Part shown: piece after piece, positions 1 to 7,725 of the stretch
How positions within the stretch are numbered: position 1 is the stretch's first letter
Layout of the letters: each line of letters begins with the position of its first letter
Origin: a virus
Taxonomy: Duplodnaviria; Caudoviricetes
IMG/VR virus record: IMGVR_UViG_3300038829_000094
Location: 1 to 36,193 of that record
Reading direction: 5' to 3' (one strand)
Length of the DNA stretch: 36,193 bases
The notes under the pieces: generated by a model
Databases searched by the model: none
Seen by the model: the letters and a program-made list of their open reading frames with translations, nothing else
What the model was told of the DNA's origin: nothing
Translations under genes and position numbers: made by a program

Positions 1-145
1 TTGAAATCACCTCACGATTGAGCGGAGCCGTGCTGTTCAGTCTCGAAACAGAGTCGATGAAATTAACGGTGGAGGCAGCCATACGCACGGGCGCAGTCCT
101 CAGGGGCGCAGACCTCAGGGGCGCAGACCTCACGGGCGCAGTCCT
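1..145. repeat. Terminal direct repeat (circular-assembly overlap), copy 1; matches 36049-36193
   Basis: Bases 1-145 are identical to 36049-36193 except position 19 (T) vs 36067 (G); unit genome about 36,048 bp. Confidence 0.95.
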
Positions 146-776
146 CACGGGCGCAGACCTCACGGGCGCAGACCTCACGGGCGCAGACCTCACGGGCGCA
201 GTCCTCACGGGCGCAGTCCTCAGGGGCGCAGTCCTCACGGGCGCAGACCTCACGGGCGCAGTCCTCACGGGCGCAGTCCTCAGGGGCGCAGACCTCAGGG
301 GCGCAGACCTCACGGGCGCAGTCCTCACGGGCGCAGTCCTCACGGGCGCAGACCTCACGGGCGCAGTCCTCACGGGCGCAGTCCTCACGGGCGCAGTCCT
401 CACGGGCGCAGTCCTCACGGGCGCAGACCTCACGGGCGCAGACCTCACGCCGATCCGCGACGACATTTGGGCGGTCCTGTCATCGTCGCCCGCTGAAGTG
501 GCGGGACTCAGAGCTGCGATTGCCGAGGGCCGCATCGACGGATCGACGTATGAAGGCGCGTGCTGTTGCCTGGTGGGCACGCTCGCCAACGTGCGGCACT
601 GTAAATACAGCGACATCCCCACACTGATGCCGAACGCTAGCCGTCCGGCTGAACGATTCTTCGCCGCGATCAAGCCCGGCGACATCCCGGAGAATTCCCA
701 ATTTTCCCAGCTCGCGCTGGAATGGGTCGATCTGTGGCTCGCGAACATGCAGGCGGCGTTTGCCGCGTCGAAATAA
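18..776 (+). CDS. Pentapeptide-repeat protein with conserved C-terminal domain; true start is ATG 36042 across the circular junction (MKFEITSRWSGAVLFSLE...)
   Basis: 24 tandem GA[V/D]L[T/R] pentapeptides; the upstream ATG with SD AAGGAG lies at 36042 in the terminal overlap; the TTG start at 18 exists only because of the T/G mismatch. Confidence 0.9.
   Translation: MSGAVLFSLETESMKLTVEAAIRTGAVLRGADLRGADLTGAVLTGADLTGADLTGADLTGAVLTGAVLRGAVLTGADLTGAVLTGAVLRGADLRGADLTGAVLTGAVLTGADLTGAVLTGAVLTGAVLTGAVLTGADLTGADLTPIRDDIWAVLSSSPAEVAGLRAAIAEGRIDGSTYEGACCCLVGTLANVRHCKYSDIPTLMPNASRPAERFFAAIKPGDIPENSQFSQLALEWVDLWLANMQAAFAASK
90..449 (+). repeat. 24 x 15-bp tandem repeat GGCGCAG[A/T]CCTCA[C/G]G
   Basis: Read directly; only 2 of 15 positions vary. 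Confidence 0.95.
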
Positions 777-801
777 TCTGTTACTCACACAAGGAGGCCC
801 C

Positions 802-996
802 ATGAGTGCACTCGAACATCTCGGCAGAGAACTCGCGCGACAGATTCACGTGTTGAGCGCGTTGCGCGAGGAACGCAAGATCGCGCTTGATAATTTCAAG
901 CTCCAAGAACAACAGCTGACGAAAGAAATTAACCGGCTGGCGCTCGATGTGCGGATGGGACAGGCGGAACTGTTCGGGGCCGAGACGGCGCGATGA
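802..996 (+). CDS. Small coiled-coil hypothetical protein
   Basis: AGGAGG SD before ATG 802; ATGA overlap with next gene. Confidence 0.75.
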   Translation: MSALEHLGRELARQIHVLSALREERKIALDNFKLQEQQLTKEINRLALDVRMGQAELFGAETAR

Positions 997-1430
997 GTGC
1001 GGAGAGTACGTTTCGCATCGCCGTTGCGGCTCGCTATGCTGATCGGCGAGAGATTCAACAATTTCTCGACCTCGCGCAACTGACGCACCTGCCCGTGCAG
1101 CTCACGGCCACATGGCTCACGGCGACAGCCGAGCAGGACGCCGATCTGACCGACGCCCAGGCGGAGCAAGCCGCCGAGACGAACTGGCGAGAGATCAGCG
1201 ACGCGGACCTGCTGCTGTACTTTCCGTGCTGGGCAGGCGATCGCGCCGGGCGCTACCCCTTCTGGTCGCCTGGCCGGCTGATTGATTTCGGCATCGCCGT
1301 GGGCAGCCTCATCCCGATCCTCGTAGTCGGGCAGCCCGAGCCGACGATTTATCAACGCGGCGCTCAGGTCTCCGTCTGTGAGCGCACGCCGATGGCACTC
1401 TACCGGGCGGTGAAAGGGATGGTGCGGTAA
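993..1430 (+). CDS. Nucleoside 2-deoxyribosyltransferase-like (NDT/Rcl fold) protein
   Basis: Motif order IAVAARY...TWL...EISDADLLL...GRLIDFG.A...ILVVG resembles phage NDT-like proteins; Asp rather than Glu in the GxxxEFG motif. Confidence 0.6.
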   Translation: MSAESTFRIAVAARYADRREIQQFLDLAQLTHLPVQLTATWLTATAEQDADLTDAQAEQAAETNWREISDADLLLYFPCWAGDRAGRYPFWSPGRLIDFGIAVGSLIPILVVGQPEPTIYQRGAQVSVCERTPMALYRAVKGMVR

Positions 1431-2020
1431 TGGATGAGAAAATAGCAGATGAACCGTGCCGAGAAGCTGCGAATTATCTGGCCCATTGTGGGTCTCTTGT
1501 GGCGCTCAAGGCCGAAGAGGATTTCACACAGAATATCTTCCACGAGTGGAAAGATTTGGGGATTGCCTCTCCTCTTGAGCAAGTGCTGTATGCCGCACTC
1601 CACCTAGCGCGAGTGATTCTCTCTCTCCCTTTATTTGATGTGCAATCCATCGACGAAGGATCCGTCTGTTCTGGGCTGAGCATTACTCCGCAACAGACCA
1701 TCGGCAAGTACCGTGTGGACTTCCTCATTGAAATGTATCCGTTGCAGAAAGTGCCGACAGGAACCGCTGCGGCACGAAAGAAATCAGTCGTTGTCGAGTG
1801 TGATTCGCAGGCGTGGCATGAGAGGACAGAACCGGAACGGCGCTACGAAAAAGCGCGGGACCGTGAATTAGTTCGCAGAGGGTATGAAGTCTTTCACTTC
1901 ACGGGAAAAGAGATTTTGGATGATCCCGCGACCGTGGCGGCAGAAGTACTGGCGCATGTGACGGACTGCCTAAAGGATTATATCGTTTCAGCTATTCGAG
2001 ACCATGAAGCGAACCTCTAA
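1430..2020 (+). CDS. DUF559/Vsr-like PD-(D/E)XK endonuclease domain protein
   Basis: SPLE...Q..IGKYRVDFLI...VVVECDSQAWH...RDR.L...GYEVFHFTG.EI signature. Confidence 0.8.
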   Translation: MDEKIADEPCREAANYLAHCGSLVALKAEEDFTQNIFHEWKDLGIASPLEQVLYAALHLARVILSLPLFDVQSIDEGSVCSGLSITPQQTIGKYRVDFLIEMYPLQKVPTGTAAARKKSVVVECDSQAWHERTEPERRYEKARDRELVRRGYEVFHFTGKEILDDPATVAAEVLAHVTDCLKDYIVSAIRDHEANL

Positions 2021-2055
2021 CACGGCGATAAGGCCGGTTGCTGTATGGAGTAGGC

Positions 2056-2262
2056 ATGACCGACGGTGAACAGATTGCAGTCAAGATGAGCGGCGGGAGG
2101 ATCTTCCGCTATGAGATCTCTCAAGCTGATGCCACCTGCCAGAAGTGTGGGGCGCCGATCCATTGGGTGACGACACACAACCACAAGCAGATGCCGGTCG
2201 ATATTCCAGACCTCGGGGACGACCTGACAACCTGCCACTATGACACCTGTGAGAAGAGGTAG
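2056..2262 (+). CDS. Small zinc-finger protein
   Basis: CQKCGAPIHW...MPVD...HYDTC; GGAG SD before ATG 2056. Confidence 0.7.
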   Translation: MTDGEQIAVKMSGGRIFRYEISQADATCQKCGAPIHWVTTHNHKQMPVDIPDLGDDLTTCHYDTCEKR

Positions 2263-2268
2263 CGGGCG

Positions 2269-2889
2269 ATGCCGTACCTGAACGTCGAACTTGATTATCT
2301 GACGCACCGCAAGACCGTCCGATTGATCGGGCTGCTTGGGCCACACGCGCCCCTGTACCCGATTCGCCTCTGGGCCTACGTCGGCAAGCACCACTGCGAA
2401 GACGGATCCTTCAAGGGTTATTCCATCCAGGAGATTGAATCCATCCTGGCTTGGAAAGGCAAGAAGGGTGGCCTGCTCGACGCACTCACGACCGTCGGCT
2501 ATCTCGATAAGGTCGTGGAGGGGGAGGCGATGTACTACCAGGTGCATGACTGGCTGGATCATGCCGGACATCTCGCGGCCCTCAAAAAACGAGGGAAGGC
2601 GAACGCGGAAAAGCGGTGGTCGAACCTTGCTAAGGTCGATGCTAGGCCGGATGCTACTAGCATAGCTAGCGCGATGCTCCCTCTTAACCTTCTTAACCCT
2701 CCTAGCCTACTAAGCCCTCTTAACCTTCTTGGCGCAGGAGCATCCGCGCCGCCGAACCGGAAGTGTGCGGCGCACGACAAGGGAGAGAATTGCCAAGAGT
2801 ATGCGATCGCGGGGAGTAAGTACTGTCGGGAGCATAAAGCGTTCTACCTCTCCGTACAGGAGCGATTGTCGGGGACGGTGCCGTCATGA
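2269..2889 (+). CDS. Putative phage replication initiator (lambda O-like organisation)
   Basis: N-terminal THRKT..L..LLG...IRLW...HDW.DH domain, then a repeat-rich low-complexity linker (iterons) and a C-terminal Cys/His motif; lies just before rusA. Confidence 0.6.
   Translation: MPYLNVELDYLTHRKTVRLIGLLGPHAPLYPIRLWAYVGKHHCEDGSFKGYSIQEIESILAWKGKKGGLLDALTTVGYLDKVVEGEAMYYQVHDWLDHAGHLAALKKRGKANAEKRWSNLAKVDARPDATSIASAMLPLNLLNPPSLLSPLNLLGAGASAPPNRKCAAHDKGENCQEYAIAGSKYCREHKAFYLSVQERLSGTVPS
2620..2730. promoter_or_regulatory. Candidate replication origin (iterons/palindromes) inside the initiator gene
   Basis: GATGCT x3; palindromes ACCTT-GCT-AAGGT and ATGCTA-C-TAGCAT; CCCTCTTAACCTTCTT at 2679-2694 and 2715-2730; CTAG-rich. 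Confidence 0.55.
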
Positions 2890-3335
2890 TGGCCCAGCCT
2901 CACCGCGTTGTGAGCATTGCCTTCATCGTGCTCGGCGTGGCGCAGCCGAAGGGCAGCACGAAGGCGTTCATGCGTCCGGGCATGCGCTTCCCGGTCGTGA
3001 CGAACGACAACCCGAAGACGAAGCCATGGGCCGAGATCGTGCGCCTCGTGGCGCAACAGCACGCGCCTCAGGGAGGGCCATGGTCGGGGCCAGTGGATCT
3101 CACGACGACGTTCTACCTCCCGAGACCGAAGAGTCTGCCCAAGCGGGTGCTGCATCACACGAAGAAGCCCGACCTCGACAAGCTGGTGCGAGCGGTGAAG
3201 GACGCGCTCAAAGGCGTGCTCTACCTCGACGACTCGCAGGTGGTGGACGTGAAGGCCATGAAGCGATATGCGACTTCGATCCATCCGCCAGGCGTGATGG
3301 TGGAGATTGAACCGGTGATCGAGGGAGGGCACTGA
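2886..3335 (+). CDS. rusA: RusA-family Holliday junction resolvase
   Basis: G.AQPKGS...FYLPRPKS...KKPDLDKLVRAVKDALKG..YLDDSQVV...K.Y signature. Confidence 0.92.
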   Translation: MMAQPHRVVSIAFIVLGVAQPKGSTKAFMRPGMRFPVVTNDNPKTKPWAEIVRLVAQQHAPQGGPWSGPVDLTTTFYLPRPKSLPKRVLHHTKKPDLDKLVRAVKDALKGVLYLDDSQVVDVKAMKRYATSIHPPGVMVEIEPVIEGGH

Positions 3336-3622
3336 TGGCCGCATTAAAAAACGAGGGGCAAACAGCCATGACCTGGACCAAAGTCACCACGCACAACGAA
3401 CCGCCGGGAGCCTTCGAAGGCGATTGGGTGTCGGGGATCTACAAGATCGTGCGGTACGAAGCGAACTATGCGAATCCGCAAGGCCCGAACTATCAAGCCT
3501 ATTACATCCGGAAGCCGGACAAGTGTTGGGGGTATCACGTCGATGAGAAGACGCCATTCTACCCGACGTTGAAAGCCGCGCAGGCGGCCTGTGCGGGGCA
3601 TGCGAAGGCGGTGCAGCCATGA
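3335..3622 (+). CDS. Hypothetical protein
   Basis: Coupled ORF (TGATG / ATGA overlaps); TLKAAQAAC motif typical of small phage early proteins. Confidence 0.65.
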   Translation: MAALKNEGQTAMTWTKVTTHNEPPGAFEGDWVSGIYKIVRYEANYANPQGPNYQAYYIRKPDKCWGYHVDEKTPFYPTLKAAQAACAGHAKAVQP

Positions 3623-4101
3623 CGGACGCAGCGCGGCGTGACACTGAAGTCATCGATAAATTGTTTCTTGAGTTATCTCAGTTCTCACAGGCAACAACGG
3701 CGCGAGAAGCGCAACTCTTGAAGGAACGCGACATTTTACTGAGTGAACTCGCACGAACGAAGATCGCCCTGGCCGACGCGGAGCGGGCAGGAATTGAGAC
3801 TCCGCAGTCTATTGCAGATTGGGCAAATAGCACGTTTGGGTCTGCAACAATCGAGCGCCAAGTTGAGCGAGCCGAAGAAGAGTGGGCTGAGTATTACAAA
3901 GCATGTGAGCAGGGTAGATCCGCTCAAGAAAGAGCGATAGAAATTGCCGACACAATTATTTGCTTGAGCCGTGTTTTGGTTCAGTTAGGCTACCCAAAGG
4001 CTGTTGACGAGAAAATGGCAATCAATCGTATTCGACGATGGAAAGTAGATGGCGAGGGATGCGCCTATCATGTCGAGGCCCAGGCGGGGGAGGTGGGGTG
4101 A
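3619..4101 (+). CDS. DUF550-like all-alpha dATP/dGTP pyrophosphohydrolase (MazG superfamily)
   Basis: W...TFG...EEE..E...EIAD..I...KMAINR.R.W...G...H motif. Confidence 0.75.
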   Translation: MTDAARRDTEVIDKLFLELSQFSQATTAREAQLLKERDILLSELARTKIALADAERAGIETPQSIADWANSTFGSATIERQVERAEEEWAEYYKACEQGRSAQERAIEIADTIICLSRVLVQLGYPKAVDEKMAINRIRRWKVDGEGCAYHVEAQAGEVG

Positions 4102-4481
4102 TGGAAAACAAAACAGCGAAAGAATACCTCGCTCAATGGGATCGCGGGGACAGTGTTTGGTCTATCGAGATGGGCGGCATTGGACCGGGTTATGAGCAGG
4201 CGTTGCAAGTGCTCGCTGTAGAAATCATACGGGACAATATCGACAAGCCCACCCCATCACACGACCAATACCGAACGTGGGGAGATGCCACGGTATCGAG
4301 AATTGATACGCTCTGTGGTGGATTCAGTGGGGCTCAAGTTGGAGCCGCGAAGCAGATCGCGTTCCGGTTTCTGTCGATGGGGCCAGCTCAAGCATTACAG
4401 GGTATCGACGCTGATCGGAAAATTCTTGTGAGCAACTTTTGGCCGCATATTCCTACACAGGAGGCTCACCATGGCGCGTAA
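4101..4481 (+). CDS. Conserved phage hypothetical protein
   Basis: SD GGAGGT; WSIEMGGIGPGYEQALQ and GFSGAQVGAAK look like conserved blocks. Confidence 0.7.
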   Translation: MENKTAKEYLAQWDRGDSVWSIEMGGIGPGYEQALQVLAVEIIRDNIDKPTPSHDQYRTWGDATVSRIDTLCGGFSGAQVGAAKQIAFRFLSMGPAQALQGIDADRKILVSNFWPHIPTQEAHHGA

Positions 4482-4764
4482 GGGGTGGGATTTTGAAGCG
4501 ATGGTGAAGAAAGCACAGGACGGGTATGACCCTGATGGGAGGCACTTATTATCAAGAGATGTGGTCACGCTCCTCGCCCGCCAGCACGCGGCGTTTGTGC
4601 GGCTGGTGAAGAGGATGATTGCCGTAAAGAGAAAAGAAATAGCCTGCATTGACGATGGATTGTGCGACCGAGACGTAGATAGGCCGTTGGAGGTACATGA
4701 AATTATGCGAGAGATCCAGGTCTGTGACGATCTCCTCGCCGCGCTGGGGAAGAGGACGAAATGA
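4471..4764 (+). CDS. Hypothetical protein
   Basis: GGAGG SD; coupled to neighbours. Confidence 0.65.
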   Translation: MARKGWDFEAMVKKAQDGYDPDGRHLLSRDVVTLLARQHAAFVRLVKRMIAVKRKEIACIDDGLCDRDVDRPLEVHEIMREIQVCDDLLAALGKRTK

Positions 4765-4955
4765 AAAAGCCGATCCGAGTCTTTTACAGCGAACTCTCTG
4801 GCCGGTTTTACGCGACGCAGCACTACAAGCAGTCGTCTCCAACTGTGGTAACGATCACCGGAGCCAAGTACGACGTGACGGACGATATCGGTTCGGCGGT
4901 GACGAAGCATGACATTCAATTTAAGCCAGCGAAGAGGAAGGGAGAGAAGAAATGA
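4761..4955 (+). CDS. Small hypothetical protein
   Basis: ATGA overlaps at both ends; SELSGRFYA...TGAKYDVT motif. Confidence 0.7.
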   Translation: MKKPIRVFYSELSGRFYATQHYKQSSPTVVTITGAKYDVTDDIGSAVTKHDIQFKPAKRKGEKK

Positions 4956-5149
4956 GCGCATGGACGACCGAGAGGCCGACGACGGCGGGGTGGTATTGGT
5001 GGAGATTTAATGAAAACAGAAATCCTACGGCTATCTACCTATCGAGTGATCATGTTGATGGACGTGATGTATTCACCGTAGGAACTATAGTGCTCTTATT
5101 GCACGAAGTGCCCGGCGAATGGCAGCCGGTAATCGGGCCGAGGGAGTAA
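4952..5149 (+). CDS. Small Trp-rich hypothetical protein
   Basis: WTTERPT.AGWYWWR motif common in phage early genes; ATGA overlap. Confidence 0.75.
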   Translation: MSAWTTERPTTAGWYWWRFNENRNPTAIYLSSDHVDGRDVFTVGTIVLLLHEVPGEWQPVIGPRE

Positions 5150-5174
5150 TATTTTATTAACCAAGGAGAGATCG

Positions 5175-5465
5175 ATGAAAAAGGGTGACTACATTATCTG
5201 CCGGACGTACTCGGCTGGCGTATTCGCGGGAACATTGGTGTCGCGCAAGGGCCAAGAGGTTGAATTAAAGCAGGCGCGTCGGCTCTGGTATTGGGACGGC
5301 GCGGCGTCTCTTTCACAGCTCTCAAAGGATGGCGTCGCGAGACCGGAGAACTGCAAATTCCCCTGCGAGGTACCCAGCGTGCTTTTAACGCAGGCCATCG
5401 AATTGCTCCCTGTGAGCAAGCGGGCACGCCAATCTATCGCACAGGTGGCGATATGGAAACGATAG
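5175..5465 (+). CDS. DUF6948-like (Sm/SH3-like) phage protein
   Basis: IICRTYSAGVFAG.L...ARRLWYW.GAASLSQL...G signature; AAGGAG SD. Confidence 0.8.
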   Translation: MKKGDYIICRTYSAGVFAGTLVSRKGQEVELKQARRLWYWDGAASLSQLSKDGVARPENCKFPCEVPSVLLTQAIELLPVSKRARQSIAQVAIWKR

Positions 5466-5497
5466 ACGGCAACGGCGACGGCAACGGCGACGGCTAA
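5453..5497 (+). CDS. 14-aa Gly-Asp/Gly-Asn dipeptide micro-ORF (METIDGNGDGNGDG), possibly a collapsed or vestigial repeat gene
   Basis: AGGTGG SD-like site before ATG 5453; ACGGC(A/G) hexamer repeats; stop TAA ends at 5497. Confidence 0.4.
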   Translation: METIDGNGDGNGDG

Positions 5498-5520
5498 GAC
5501 CGTGACAACTGAATTGGATA

Positions 5521-5601
5521 GGGGCAGGCAGTGTGGATGGACATACCTTACGAGGCCATAACGAGAATGGAGCCAGAATCAAGCCTGGTCCTGCCCCACA
5601 A
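5521..5601 (+). ncRNA. Putative tRNA-like cloverleaf ncRNA (5-way junction)
   Basis: 8-bp closing stem GGGGCAGG/CCTGCCCC encloses four hairpins (GG-containing D-like loop, UACG tetraloop, 7-nt loop, T-like arm); intergenic. Confidence 0.55.
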
Positions 5602-5612
5602 GGAGGAGTGAG

Positions 5613-5888
5613 ATGATGGACCCATGGATACCGCACAAACCGGAAACCTGGCCGTGGAGATTTGCGACAGTCAAGCGCGACGTGATGGGCTATGAGTACC
5701 AAGGATATTGGGCAGAGCAATCGCCAGTGATGAAGAACCACCTTATCCCCAAAGGAACAACCGTAAAGATTGTGATGGTCAGTCGGTTTGGGGACGTGGG
5801 GATTACCGACGATCTTGCTAGGGAGTTTGGGTATCGCGCTCGCGTCAGCTTCGATGATCTTGCGGCGATTCAGGAGGGCCAGCCATGA
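5613..5888 (+). CDS. Hypothetical protein
   Basis: AGGAGG SD; VMVSRFGDVGITDDL..E.GY..RV block looks conserved. Confidence 0.75.
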   Translation: MMDPWIPHKPETWPWRFATVKRDVMGYEYQGYWAEQSPVMKNHLIPKGTTVKIVMVSRFGDVGITDDLAREFGYRARVSFDDLAAIQEGQP

Positions 5889-6163
5889 TCCAGGTGAAAT
5901 GGGTACACGAGAGCAAATTATTCCACAACCCATTAAGTGCTAGGCAAATCCCCGTCATCCCCCTCGCCGCGCTGACGGAGGTGGTGGAGGGGTTGAAGCG
6001 CACGATTGAATGTATCGAAGTGCAAAATATGTTGCAGTGCCAATATGAGGGCGATTTAACCGTAGAAGAGGCGATAGCCGCAGGTTTTTGGCCTGACATG
6101 GCGGTGGCCGCTCGAGCTATTGCTCAACGCCTGCTCGCCCAACTGGAGGTGCCCCGTGGATAA
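5885..6163 (+). CDS. Hypothetical protein
   Basis: GGAGG SD; ATGA overlap. Confidence 0.65.
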   Translation: MIQVKWVHESKLFHNPLSARQIPVIPLAALTEVVEGLKRTIECIEVQNMLQCQYEGDLTVEEAIAAGFWPDMAVAARAIAQRLLAQLEVPRG

Positions 6164-6329
6164 GTGTTGTAGGGTGCAGGTATGTGACAGATGCGGAGTG
6201 CGGAAGAACGCTGGTCTCATGTCTCCCTACGCTGACGGATGGCCGTCAAACCTGTGCTTAGAATGCGAGCGGCAGTTAGGCTGGTTCAAGGAGAAGTGCC
6301 GCCCCTGCCATACCCCACAGGAGGCGTGA
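6156..6329 (+). CDS. Small Cys-rich zinc-binding protein
   Basis: GGAGGT SD before GTG 6156; CDRC, CLEC and CRPC motifs. Confidence 0.55.
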   Translation: MDKCCRVQVCDRCGVRKNAGLMSPYADGWPSNLCLECERQLGWFKEKCRPCHTPQEA

Positions 6330-7375
6330 TGAGTGACGAATCGTTAGAGCAACCAAGTCCGCTAAAGAATGTTCCTAGCTTTGCGTCAGGTGATGCTGGC
6401 CCCAGCCCGTTGACGCGGTTTGAGGTAGAGCAACTAGCCGAGTGTTTCCCATATGACATGCTGGAACGATACAAGGCGAAATTGCTGGCCCACGACGCCG
6501 CACTCCGCCTCACTCTCGCGCAGCAGGCGCAGGAGATCGAGCGCAGTAAACAGCGAGAGAAAGAGTGCCACGATACCTATCTGCGAATCATTGAGGCCTT
6601 GGAAGTGCTCAATGACAGGCCAGAGGTTAAGCCGTTATCGAGTTGGGACAAGATCGCCTGGCTCACACAGCAACTCGCCACCATGCAAGCGGATGTCGCG
6701 GCGGCCTGTGGCGAGCTGATGGTGAGCCTGGAAGAGTCACCCCCTGGAAGTTTAGTTGCTAGGCTGGTGATTGCGAATCGGGTACTGCGGAGCAATCTCG
6801 CGGCCATGACGGCGGAGCGGGATGAGGCGGTAAATGATGAAGGCTGTTCAATGGCTGCACGCACCGATCTTGGGCACGGGAAAGATGGATACTGTACGAT
6901 TCGCAATAGGCCATGTCCTACGAAATGTCTCTTGAAGCAAATCGGGAGCCTTGAGGCGACCGTGAATTCCCATTCGATCAACATAAATGCGATGAACGAC
7001 GTTTACAGCGAACAGCTCGCCGCAGCGCAGGCGCGGGTGTCTCAGTTTGAGTCAATCCCGTTTGACGATGACGGAACTCCGTTTGCGGCAGCATCGGCGT
7101 GGCGAGCGGAATGCAATCGTCTTCAGGCCACCCTCACGGCGCGGGATTTCGCCTGGAGTGAGGAATTGTCAAAGGCTATGCCTGGGTTGTCCTTCATGTC
7201 CTTCGTAGGCCCAGAATCTACCGCACGATGGATTGGTACACAGTTCGCGGCGCGGGAGGCACGGATTACTGAATTGGAAGGGGATTTTGTGATCGTCAAC
7301 GAGCAACGGAAAGCTGCCATGCAGGAGGCGGGACGGTTGCGGGCACGGCTGGCCGAGTTGGAGGGCGACGCATGA
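6329..7375 (+). CDS. Mosaic coiled-coil protein (Ead/Ea22-like organisation)
   Basis: GGAGG SD before ATG 6329 (TGATG overlap); repeated QQLAxMxAE-type heptad modules. Confidence 0.7.
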   Translation: MSDESLEQPSPLKNVPSFASGDAGPSPLTRFEVEQLAECFPYDMLERYKAKLLAHDAALRLTLAQQAQEIERSKQREKECHDTYLRIIEALEVLNDRPEVKPLSSWDKIAWLTQQLATMQADVAAACGELMVSLEESPPGSLVARLVIANRVLRSNLAAMTAERDEAVNDEGCSMAARTDLGHGKDGYCTIRNRPCPTKCLLKQIGSLEATVNSHSININAMNDVYSEQLAAAQARVSQFESIPFDDDGTPFAAASAWRAECNRLQATLTARDFAWSEELSKAMPGLSFMSFVGPESTARWIGTQFAAREARITELEGDFVIVNEQRKAAMQEAGRLRARLAELEGDA

Positions 7376-7725
7376 GCGACGCCGCTCCCTCTCCTCCAGA
7401 CAAGCCCAAGGCCAGCCCACGGCATGTCCTCACGCCGGGTCCCGGCCGGCCGAAAGGGTGTCAGAACAAAGCCACGATTGAGATCAAGCAATTTGCCCAT
7501 CGGTTCGTTACCAACAAGAACTACCTACGAAAACTTCGCCTCCGCGTGAACGATGGCACGGCCCCGCATATGGAGACGTTGCTCTGGCACTACGCCTACG
7601 GGAAGCCGAAAGAAGAGGAGGAGGGGAAGAACGACAAGCACGTGACCATCATGATTGTGCAGCACACACCGAGCGAGAGCGTGAAGACCATCGTCGTCAA
7701 CGAGCCTCAGCAGAAGCACGCCTAA
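7372..7725 (+). CDS. terS: Terminase small subunit
   Basis: PGRPKG.QNKAT motif; directly upstream of and coupled to TerL. Confidence 0.7.
   Translation: MSDAAPSPPDKPKASPRHVLTPGPGRPKGCQNKATIEIKQFAHRFVTNKNYLRKLRLRVNDGTAPHMETLLWHYAYGKPKEEEEGKNDKHVTIMIVQHTPSESVKTIVVNEPQQKHA

Noticed and set aside
1-145. Biological direct terminal repeat (T7-like genome ends)
   Set aside because: The overlap starts mid-gene and ends inside a tandem repeat, which is typical of an assembler break on a circular or permuted genome
90-449. Regular short repeats resembling a CRISPR array
   Set aside because: Units are contiguous 15-mers with no spacers, they encode in-frame pentapeptides, and no cas genes are present
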